In this document: positions 53,675 through 64,000 of the stretch, piece by piece
Layout of the letters: each line of letters begins with the position of its first letter
How positions within the stretch are numbered: the first letter of the stretch is position 1
Assembly (NCBI GenBank): GCA_001949185.1
Contig: BDGG01000006.1
Coordinates: 292,827 to 356,826, forward strand
DNA length: 64,000 bases
Source: Ramazzottius varieornatus
Lineage: Eukaryota > Animalia > Tardigrada
Reading direction: 5' to 3'
Notes under the pieces: generated by a model
What the model saw: the letters and a program-made list of their open reading frames with translations, nothing else
What the model was told of the DNA's origin: nothing
Database searches by the model: none
Translations under genes and position numbers: made by a program

Positions 53675-56600
53675 ATGGCATTGCAGCCGGAAACACCTCT
53701 GAATATCCTGATATACGATGCGGAAATTTCCAGCCAGACCACCGTTGCGCTGAACGTTGGTCAGAGGTCTCTGGTTCGAGATATTTGTCGGATTATTTTC
53801 CAAGAAAACTCGTCCTTGTTACTGTCCAAGAATGCCGCCTTTACAGGTTTGTTTGTCATTCCTGTCAATCTCTTGATCCATATCCGCGAGGGATGCAGAT
53901 GAAATGATGGGCATGTGCGGTACGCTGTGTGCTGCTAGTGGTCCAGATGGTGCACAAATATGCCTCACACAGCGACCTAAGTGGAAAATATGACAGACTA
54001 TGTTTGTCTATCAAATTTATTAGCGGGCAATTCTCAACACTAAATCGTCATTCAGGCCATAGAAAATACGGCGGAATTAGTCATACCTAACAATGATAAG
54101 ATGGAGTTTCCAGTTTTTCCATGACTTAGGACTAATCTGAAAAATAGAGGAATCGAATCTCTGACCGGACAAAAGCACCGAACAGGCAGGCAAGGTTTGT
54201 TCTATTTTGCAGCCGACGACTTTGCCATTTTTCTACGTCTTCGCAAAGGAGAAAAGAAGGGACACTGGCTCAACCCTGAACGCCCACTAGAGTATTATGA
54301 TTTCGTTCGGCAACAGGTAAGAATACGAGTAGCGAAGACGATGTATTGCTGGGTACGAAGCCTTCCGTTTCGTGCATAAGAAAAACTAATCTTGAATGTC
54401 ACTCATTTTTGACCGTGGTCAATGCAGGCAGTACTGGAGTACAGGAGGAAAATCGGTGCAGTGAAAGTTCGCCTTTTGGACAAGTCCTTCAAGACGTTCC
54501 ATGTTGACCAGACACTACCGGCTGAAGACGTCCTCGACGTTATATGCAATAGACTTGGTAGGTTGCAAGTACTGCCGAACTCACTCAGTCCATGTGGAAC
54601 TGATGATTTAATGGGAGTGTCCAACAGGTATACCCGATCCGGAAGAGTTCGATCTAGTGCGCAACGATGGCGAGCTGGTCGGCGACCAGGTCGACGGGAC
54701 CGCCACAATGTCCAAGAAATACGGCCTGTTCAGCCTGTCCAACATTAACCCGCTCAAATATCCCACAATGGTTCGAGAAAAAGACATCGAGCGCATGCAG
54801 AAACTGCGACAGAAAGTTGCTACTGATGACAATAGTAGGTTCTGGAAGTGTTCCCGGCTGACTACCTTCTCTCTGGCCACTTTTCTCTACGGTTAATTCA
54901 ACGTACATTTTATGTTCCTTTAGTTGTATGGGTGAACCAGTCTCAAACTCTTTTGGACCAGGGCATCGAAGACGGGGACATTCTACTGCTGAAACGTCGT
55001 TATTTTTACTCGGACCAGAATGTTGATGGACGGGATCCAGTTCAGCTCAACTTGTTGTACATACAGGTTAAGAAATGGTCTCAGATAGAGGCATTCAGCT
55101 CGTCGGTACAAAGGCCGGGGACAACGTCACGATGATCTTTCATTTTTAGTGTCGAAATGGAATATTGACGGGAACCCATCCGGTGACTCTGAGCGAGGCT
55201 TTTGTTTTCGCCGGCTTGCAAGGTCACATCGAGTATGGTGCTTTCAGTGATGCCAAACGGAGCGTCGATGTCCGCAGTCTCTTGCCCAAAAACTACGTCA
55301 TCAAGAAGATGGACAAAAAGGAACTGGCAGACATGCAGGGAAGGGTATTCGTCGAGTGGCGTAACTACAGCAGTGTCACAGAAATGGAAGCCAAGAACCA
55401 GTACATCAAACGAGCACGCTCGCTGAGAACCTATGGCGTCACCTTCTTCCTCGTCAAGGAAAAGCCCAAGGGAAAGAACAAGCTGATGCCTCGCTTGTTC
55501 GGCGTCAACAAGAGCAACGTTATGCGACTGGACGAGAAAACCAAAGAGGTAATTATTTGAATAATAAAAGGGTAGAAATACTGTACTACTCCGTTCTTCT
55601 GTGAAATTCGTTAGCTTTACATAAATTTTTCACCGAATATTTTCTTCATCTCACCAAGGAGTTTCGCCAATTTTCTACGTTATGGCGATACGCCGATGCT
55701 TTAAATTTACAAACCGGGTTTGATATCTCAGTTTATCTTGATCTTTGTGCGTAGATTTTGAAGTTCTGGCCGATCACAAGCATCAAGCGATGGAAGACGA
55801 CCGATAACACCTTCAGTCTGGATTTTGGCGATTACGAGGATGAGCCGTACTCCATTCAGACGCAGGAAGGCCGGCAGATTGCCCAACTCATATCCGGTTA
55901 CGTCGAGTTGATACGGAAACGACAACATGGTCCACTTGACTCAGATGAGGCCTCGTCGGCAGATACCATCTCTTCCACCAGCCGGTCCATGACCCCAGCC
56001 TTCGAAGACATCCCGCCATCCGAAAGGTATATGTTGTGCTGTAATTCTTTTTTTCCAAATGGAAAATCGACCAATTTTTTGATTTTTCACAAGTTGTAAT
56101 TTTATTCCCTTAGATTTGTACGGTAACTTTAATGAGTAAAATAGAAAACACGAGTTGTGATGTTTATGGCAGGAAGCAAATCGGGCAGTTTGAGGCCCTA
56201 CCATCGCCTGCAATCGCTGAAAGTGGACAGGTGGCGCTGCCTGGAGTTCTGCGCAACACATTGATCGACCAGAAGGGACTTGAGTACATCCGTGTGGCGC
56301 AAAGTCGGGTGGCGCAGATTATGGCTGGCCTCTCGGCTCCCTCGCAGTCAACTCAAGCCAACATTGCTGAACATGGAATCTTGCCCCGACGCAGTCGTCA
56401 CGAAATCCAGGAGTCGGACCATGGGAAGACAGCCTACGCTCAACTGTCGACCTGTATGGGAAATGTCTCTGCCAGTAGCGCCCAACTGGTCAACATCCAA
56501 CATTCCCATGCGAACTATACTGATCGGCACCAGAAATCTATTGATGAATTGTGAGTGAACTGGCCAAACGTACACAAAATTGAACCCTGTGAAACACTAT

Positions 56601-59600
56601 TCTCCTCTTTGCAGGATAAACAATCTGGAGGAGCTGGCCCGCACTTTGAAGACTGTCTGCAATGACTTACCCGAAGAGCAGTCGTCCAAGGTGTTGGCTC
56701 GTGCCAAGCACTTATGCCAAAGTATCACCGATCTCCTGGAAGCCGCGGACAGCCATGACCACATCACGGTAAGTTAGTTGTCTAGGCCATCACAGTAATG
56801 GCCCCAAAAATGGGTGCTTGAGAGCACATATGATGCTACATGGTGCCGTAGTAATTGGATGGTTTGCCATGCAGGCCGGAGGTGCCGAAGCCCGCCAAGA
56901 CGTCATCGCTGCCGCATCAAAAGTCAGTGAATCGGGATATCTTCTGAAAGAGTCTATCGCTCCGCCTAATTCTGGTCAAAGCAGCGGTGCAACGGCGGCC
57001 ACTATAACTCACAATGTGCGCGGCGACCTTTTTACCCCTTTCGTGAAAGAGATTGGTACGAAAGTTACCTTACTGGTGCGGAAAGCCAAGAAGATAGCCA
57101 GTGGCAGTTGCAGCCCGACTCACCACGCTGCGGTCATCCATCATGCCACCGAACTAGCTCTGCAGTGCGCCAATGTCGTCACTTGCGTCAAGCTTCTGCG
57201 AATGTGTTCGGACACTGAGGAGAACGCCTCGAAGGAGACGCGAAAGCAGGTGTCAGTGGCTGTGGATGCACTACACGTAGCGCTCAAGACCTTGCAGTCA
57301 ATATGTCAGGAGGACAGCCAGAACATCGAAGAAGGAGACATCCAGCAGGACTTGTTCCAGCTCGACGAACTGATTATCGACCTGGACGACGTCATCGAGA
57401 AATTCAAAAATGAACTAGACTGCGAAGGTAAATCACAAGAGAGTGAGAGGCAAAAGAATGAAGCGGTGGTGAATGCCCTCTTTGTTCTCAACGCTCAAAT
57501 GCGCCAGTTGGAAGAAGCAGCATCGACAATTAACTCCACAGATTCCAGTTCCGACCCTGAACCCAAGCATAACTTGGAGTCATTTTTCTACGAGAGTTTA
57601 ATGCAGAAAACTTCGGTACTTCACCACTGGTTATGTAACCACGACAAACTTTGTCTTTCTGCTTCTCCAAACTCTGGCAGTCAATTGGATAAAGTGATGG
57701 CCTTACTGGAAGAATTGATGGAAGAAACAGTGGGCGCCAGTAAGGCTTCCGAATGGAAGACCGAAGAAGAAAAGCTGACCGTGTTGAACCATCTAAAGAC
57801 CGTCTACGAGAACGCCTACCACTTCATCTCGCTCTCTACCACCTCAACCAGCGTCGCTGAACAAGAGAGCCTGAATGCCAAGGAAGGTCTCCTCGAAGCA
57901 CTGGACGAGTTTATGACCGTCCTGCAGTCTTTCCACGAACACAAACAAATACTGGCCTTGACAGAGTCCGACATTTCCCACAGTCTTCTCCGGGTCGATA
58001 CTGCCACTGAAGGCAGCCAAGAACACCGAATAACGGAAAGAAAAGGTAGAGTGATGGAAGCATTGCGACAGCTGGACATGGTAACCGAATCGCTGAGCGA
58101 TATGGAGGACGTCCTGAAGAATATCCATCCGGATACTTGTTACCACCCACAAAGACTGCGCGAGTTCGCCGGACATTTATGCGCAGCCTTTCGAACGACG
58201 TGCGATGGCTGGGCCGAATACTACGAACTGGACTCGGGGCTGATCGATGACGGAACCATGCGGAAAATCCACAAGGGCTTGCTGGACCTGGGTTACTCCA
58301 ACACCGAACTGATCAAGACGTCGGCGGCATCGGCCACCCGCCTGGACGATACGGCCTTCCCAGCGGCTTGCCGTCATGTCCTTCAAAAGGTAATAGTACG
58401 TCTTCAAAGAATTGGTTTTTGAAACTGATCGTAGAAAATTGGCCATGATCACCGACGTATCTTTTCCTCTGAAAACGCTTGAGACAAACCATCCGAGTTA
58501 CTGTAATGTCATGGAGCGAACAGTGTGCAACAATATTCCATTGAAAGCATCATGTGTGGAATATTTTTTGTTGCAGATATCGTATTTGAAGTTGTACCTG
58601 AACACACTGAACTGCGGTACACAAAGTTGCGGACGAGCTCTAAGTACCATTGAAGAAGTGACCGAAGACCTCGATACGGCCATCTCCTTCGCCACAGTCG
58701 GCATCGACGACCTCTCCACCTCCTCGTCATCGTCCGCCTCTTCGCCGTTACCCAGGACTCCTACTACACCTACTACACCTCCGCGTTCTTCTTCGCTGCG
58801 CTTCTCCAATCCACCCTTCGCCGTCCCTACCCGACCAAAGCTGCCCACCTTCGTTTCGATGACCGATAAAGCCGACAGACTACAGCGAAGCTTTCAAGGT
58901 TTCATCCGGCTGTCGTCCCAACAAGAGTTGGCCACTACGGTGGAAGAGTCTCTGGCGGCCGTGGTTGGTCTGGTGGAACATGTTCGAGCCAATACGGGAC
59001 ATTTGTCCAGCAACAACTCGGATGTCCAGGTCATCGTGCTGAGAGCGTTAAAGGCTGCGGCAATCTCGGTGGCTGATGTCATCCAACTGGCCAAGGCTGA
59101 ATTCTCACAGGTCGATATCACGGACGAAGCGGTGCTGAAGTATACGGAGAAGCTGCGTATCTCGGTGGAACATTCCACTGTTCGGATCAACCTCTTGGTG
59201 GAGCTGGTCAGTCATGTGGAAGGCGGACAACGTGGGCTGAAAATGCTAGAGGTTGCTCTGCGAGATCTGCAGCTCAGTAGCAGGAGATGGAGTACAGGAA
59301 ATGAAAAAGAACATGTCAGCGAGGACACCGAAGGGTTGACGATCCGAAAGTACCGCATCCTGGTCAGACACATGGACCAAGTTAGGCTGAGGATAGGAGA
59401 TTACCACAGCGTTACGGAAGAAAAACGAGATGACTGTCTGCTGCAATTAGCCAATAAGTTGTCGGAAGTTTCCATGTATCTTCAAACTGATAAGGTTGGC
59501 CATCATCAAGGCTATTTTACACGCCGACATTTTTTCTACCATTCTACGAACAGATACTGAATTATTGTTCCAGGTTGAGCTTGGTCACAATGCCCAGTTT

Positions 59601-61746
59601 GCAACTGTGTTTAATAGTCTGATGGAAGCGATCCAGGAAATTTTACAGGTGAAGTTGCTGCGAATGTTCGAACAGTACTCGTACTAACGATCAAATGACC
59701 CCTTTGGTGGCGCTTGTGTGATGAATGTGCCTTTTCAGACTGACTCATCTCGGCAGACTGCGGTCTCCTCGTCGGGCAAATTCAATGCGTTGTGCACAGC
59801 TATGGAACAAGCCAAGCTTTCCCTCTCACAGCACGAAGCGGCACCCGAACTGATCCTGCCACTCTGGATAGCGCCCATTCCTCCTCCACAATCCGACCAA
59901 CAGTCCACCGATAACGAAGTGGAGATCCCCACATCTTCAATGACCGATCACCTGCAGGAAGCCGCGGCTCAGATCGAGAAGGCCTCAAGACGCTTGAGCA
60001 AAGTGCAAGCTCGACGAACCATCTACATTCCACCAGAAGAAGATTTGTCCGTTTCGGAGAAACCCTTCGAGTTTGACTTGCACGACCCGGTGGCCGAGTT
60101 CGACGAGAACATCCTCGAGGCTTGCCGAGCCATCATGCAGGCTAGTGCCGCATTGATTCCGGCTGCACGTGATGCTCAGGAGGAGCTGGTCCGTCATGGC
60201 AGAGTGGGCGAGAATGTCTCGCTGTACTCCGATGACGGCCAGTGGTCGCAAGGTTTCATCTCGGCAGCCAGATCAATTGGTAATAAATATTTCCACGTTG
60301 AATTCTGCTGAATATCCTTATAAGTCCTCACGACGAGCTGTTTATGTCGCAAACGGTTGATTTAAAATTTAAGTTTGCTTGATCAACGGAAATTAGTCGC
60401 GAGTGAGGCAAAACTGCGTTTTTCGAAAGTCTCGGAAACGAGAGCGGAAATGCGCGAGTTTTGCGGGGTAGGTTTGTAGGCAAACTTTGCCTCCTGACTA
60501 GGCTGAAATTCATAGTTTTCTCGCTGGCTAGTCTCTGTCTGTCGATATCCCCGACACTAATAGGTATCAAGAAGCCCATACGTGAAACGGTACCTCGCAA
60601 CGTGAAGCACTGTGCAGACAGAGATCAGCTGAGAAATGAAAGTTTGAAATTTTGAGTCAAGTATGCAGAGAATAATCCATTTTCGCTTTCAGGATAAGCT
60701 ACTCGAGGGCTGCTTATCTTGAAAGCGAAACTTCGTAATCCACTTTCAAGATCAGCACAATCAACGGAGCTTTACAGCCTGTCGTGAGGAGGACTATTGA
60801 AAGAATGACTTCAGAAAGGCATTTAGTGAATCGTTTGATCTTTGCTGTTCAGCTGCGGCTTGCCAGACGTTATGTGACGCGACGAACTCGCTGATGTCCG
60901 GTCATGCGACGGAGGAAAAACTGATTTCGGCTGCAAGACAGGTGGCTTCCTTCACCGCCCAACTGCTGATGGTCTGCCGAGTGAAGGGACAAGGTAACTC
61001 AAAAGCCATGCAGCGTCTGCTGGTTGCCGGAAACAATGTCAGAAAGACCACCACAAACCTAGTGGACCTCTTTAAGCACCGGCGGGAAAACAGCGTTGGC
61101 TCCACGACAGAGGGCGCTGTGATGCGGACACCTGATGTTGTGGTCAACTCAAAGCTAGTTGGCGGCATTGCCCAAGAAGTCAAAGCGAATGTAACAGGCT
61201 CTCGTCTCTCTTCACTTTTTTCCACACTATCTTAACTTTACATTTCAATGATATAGGAGTTGGTCTCGAAAAAGGAAAAGGAGCTTGTGGACGCCCAGAA
61301 AGCCTTATTGCAAGCTCGGAAATTGAAATACACTGAGCGACAGTCAGGAAAAGGACGGAATACCAGCGAAGAGCTTGCAGCTCAGGTACCGACGGTTTTT
61401 ACAACTTATCGGCCGCACGCAGGCAAAACACCCAATCCGGCGCCATGTACCGAATGAACTGGGGCTAGACTTTACAGTGGCTGAACTGCAAGAGATAATT
61501 TACCAAGGAATGATGTGGAATGTCTTGTCCGACAACGTGTTTCAATGTGGTGTTCTTTTGCAGGAGATGGTGCTGGTAAAGGAGCGAGAACTGGAAGAGG
61601 CTCGGAACAAGTTGCTGGCTTTACGTCAGCTGAAGTACGGTTTGGTCTCGACACCGGAAGAGTACATGGGTTACGGCTCGCCATCTTCGACACTTCCTCG
61701 CAACCGTCTGGAGCGGCCTCTGGTCTTTCCTTCGCCGCTTGAGTAG
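53675..61746 (+). CDS. TLN: Talin-like protein with a shortened, divergent rod (~16 exons, roughly 1,850-1,900 aa by my exon tally)
   Basis: FERM head: KRRYFYSDQNVDGRDPVQLNLLYIQ, GTHPVT, LRTYGVTFFLVKEKPKGKNKLMPRLFG, QTQEGRQIAQLISGYV. I/LWEQ domain: DDGQWSQGFISAAR, EEKLISAARQVASFTAQLL. Dimerisation helix: KERELEEARNKL. Confidence 0.88.
60323..60795. mobile_element. Possible degenerate TIR element in a talin intron, with an internal 19-bp hairpin (60681-60730)
   Basis: agtcctcacgacgagctgt versus the reverse complement agtcctcctcacgacaggctgt. Internal stem tttcgctttcaggataagc / gcttatcttgaaagcgaaa. Confidence 0.45.
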
Positions 61747-62046
61747 TCAAAAGAAAGTCGCTACTTGTTTTATAGTCGTCGAATGGCCTTTCAATTTGCA
61801 GTTTATTCCACAGTCCGAATTTTACATGCTGTGATTCGTTGATCGTTCTTCCTTTACAACAGATGTATTAATTTGTTTTCGTAGATGGTTTTTTATATTT
61901 TTTCAGTGAGATGGGGTATTGAACTTTATCCGCATAAAAGTGAGCTGAAACTTTCCTGGAAGACTGGCGGTTTTAAGAGCCGAACTTTGACAAAGCGTGA
62001 GAGCAATTAATCAGAGTATATTTTGTTGGTTATGTACATGACAGCT

Positions 62047-63560
62047 TCAGTCTTTCCATGGAGCCAAGAGACCATTAGGATATTGTACTTCGGCTCTTTC
62101 GCCGTAAACATTTCTCGACGATGGCCATGCCGAACTGTTATAGACGCGCACCTTTCCCATTATCAGAAGCACTACTTCAGGATAGTCAGCTGCAACATTG
62201 TTCCGCTCACATGGATCTGTTACCACATTAAACAAACACGGGGCTACGTTGGGGTCACATGGAGTCGCGGGCGCGTCAGCACATCGAAGTGCCCTTGGTC
62301 CATCACTAACCAACGGCGGATCCAAACCACTACTGGGTTCGTACCTACGCTCGACACAATGGAAAAAGGCAGAAGCATGCTACGCAATCATGCGCCTCTT
62401 TCCCACCGGCGTTGACGGTCATCCTCGACCGGACCTTGTACCCGTTCCATCTCAATGCATACTCGCCAGCTGTGGCATCCGCCTGCATTGGCAGCTCTTT
62501 CCTGGGCGATGGGAGGTCCTCCGACAAGGAAGGCCAGATGTTGCCTCCACCAAGGTTTAACGAGCCGTTGATCGATCCACCGGCAACGTAGAAGAAGGTC
62601 GGTAGGAGAATCAGTGATATGGTACAGTTCGCTGGATACTGGACCAGGCTTTGTATCAACGGACTCCACACAAAAGCTGGGACCTGCACGCCACCTTCGA
62701 ACCTATGAAATTATTCATCGGGAAGTTTCTTTGCTAACCGCCAGAGTTATGTCGGATTTGGGAGCTCGCATCACAAGCTCGGGAAGATTTTTTTACCAAG
62801 TGGTGCACGCCTACAGCCAATTACACGGACAACGTGCGTCACCGGGCAAACAAGGTTAAGTGGCGCCTGTGTTCGGTGTTATTGACTAATAGTGTGCGCC
62901 ACTTGAAAACTGATCTTGTCGAGTTTGTCTGCCGAGGTGCCAATTATCAACGTACTGTGTAAAGGCCAGTTGCTGGCAAACGTCGTATCGTTTCAAGTAC
63001 TGATGGCTTGTTCTTCACCGCCTCCGCCGTTGTCCGATAGGAAGAAAATTATCGTATCGTTTGGGACATCTCTTCGTTCCGGGGTTCGAAAGACATGCCC
63101 GACAAAACCATCCCGTGCAGAAACCATTGCTGCAAAGGATATACCAATGTTGCAAATTGCAGCCTGGTCAGAGCACGATGGTCGTCCTTATCCAGCCTCT
63201 GATCTTCAAACTTCCGGCGGCCTTTATGGGTAATGTTGGGGAAGCGATCGGCTACTCTTGGGGAACTTGGAGGACTTCGCCACCATTATCGGCGTGCGGA
63301 GCAAAGTGGGAGAGAAACATGAAAAGCGGCTATAAAGAACCACCTTCGAATTAGGGTCCATTAACTGTTCGGCTTTTCGGATAACAAATTTTCTACACTG
63401 AAGAATGTTGAGTGTAGATCGTACTTGAGCAATATCATGGTTATCGATGCGTTGAACTGCAGCATCGTTGAAACCGTGAGTGGCGTACTGTCCAACATAT
63501 TCCCGAGCCGGCTGTGTTCCATTCCACAGATCAAACAAGAGACGTAGGTGGCCAAGGTTA
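62047..63560 (-). pseudogene. Arylsulfatase B/I/J-like pseudogene (C-terminal two-thirds)
   Basis: GQYATH.F...AV..I.NH, PLFMFLSHFAPH..LQVPQE* (stop), TIIFFLSDNGG..ST* (stop ~62993), SNWPL, EGGVQVPAFVWSP, CLFNVVTDPCERNNVA. Frameshifts are present and I see no CxPxR motif in the window. Confidence 0.8.
62763..62936. repeat. Palindromic element family 1, copy I (two modules with oppositely oriented spacers; arylsulfatase intron)
   Basis: ccaagtggtgcac-25 nt-gtgcgtcacc and aagtggcgcct-25 nt-gtgcgccacttgaaaac, with tail gatcttgtcgagtttgtctgccgag. Confidence 0.85.
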
Positions 63561-64000
63561 GTACACTCCTTCCCTGATCCCATTCCAGGGCGACTGTGCG
63601 AGTTTAGTATGTCTTCCAGTGTATATCTGCTGATTATTAGCGCTACTTTATTTCTCCCATAAGTAGGGCGTGATTTTACTTTTAGGCATCGAAGGCTGTT
63701 AACCGAGTAAGTGCGAGAGAAATGGGCGATAAACGGCAATTTAGTTCTCCTTGATCTTTTGTGCAAGCCGTTCAAAAACCTGGCTTATCACTAGCCTCAA
63801 GAAGAAATGTTTTTTGCCAATCAGATTTTTTTGCCATGAGTAAACAGATACGCGCAAACTCTCTTTACGTCGAACGAACTTTAGAAGTTAAAGTAGCCGA
63901 TATTCAGTCATTTTCCGACCACTGTTCTTGAAACCGACCGACACGAGCTAACGAACAGTCAACAGCAAGCAGTCGAGCCTTAACCTTTGCCTCCAAGCAG

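Overview
Gene-dense eukaryotic (invertebrate) DNA with about 48% GC by eye and many 60-400 nt spliceosomal introns. A tardigrade such as Ramazzottius is my best guess from the compactness, divergent F-box gene and bacterial-derived gene; this is inference only. Genes in order: myosin V (-, runs off the left edge), a divergent PKA catalytic subunit (+), an intronless secreted Cys-rich repeat protein (+), FAM155/NALF (+), PP2C/PPM1A-B (-), SNX1/2 (+), threonine synthase-like (-), a decayed region with an RTK fragment and an SGNH-like pseudogene (-), a Bacteroidetes-type glycerophosphodiester phosphodiesterase with introns (-), an F-box gene (+), GNPTAB (+), a short paralogue of the Cys-rich protein (-), GalNAc-T2 (+), a shortened talin-like gene (+) and an arylsulfatase pseudogene (-). 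Non-coding DNA holds many small inverted-repeat elements. Most notable: (1) a dispersed, mostly intronic palindromic family with arms CAAGTGGCGCAC/GTGCGCCACTTG, spaced exactly 25 nt in 10 of 12 modules although the spacer sequence has drifted; (2) an intronic element whose ~100-bp inverted ends each contain the same arm-core-arm site with the 9-bp core in DIRECT orientation, as in attL/attR or loxP; (3) a second intronic hairpin family with compensatory base changes; (4) an apparently domesticated bacterial GDPD with a signal-peptide exon and a GPI-like tail; (5) an unrecognised 10-Cys repeat protein family. All exon boundaries and family assignments were read by eye; no database searches were run.
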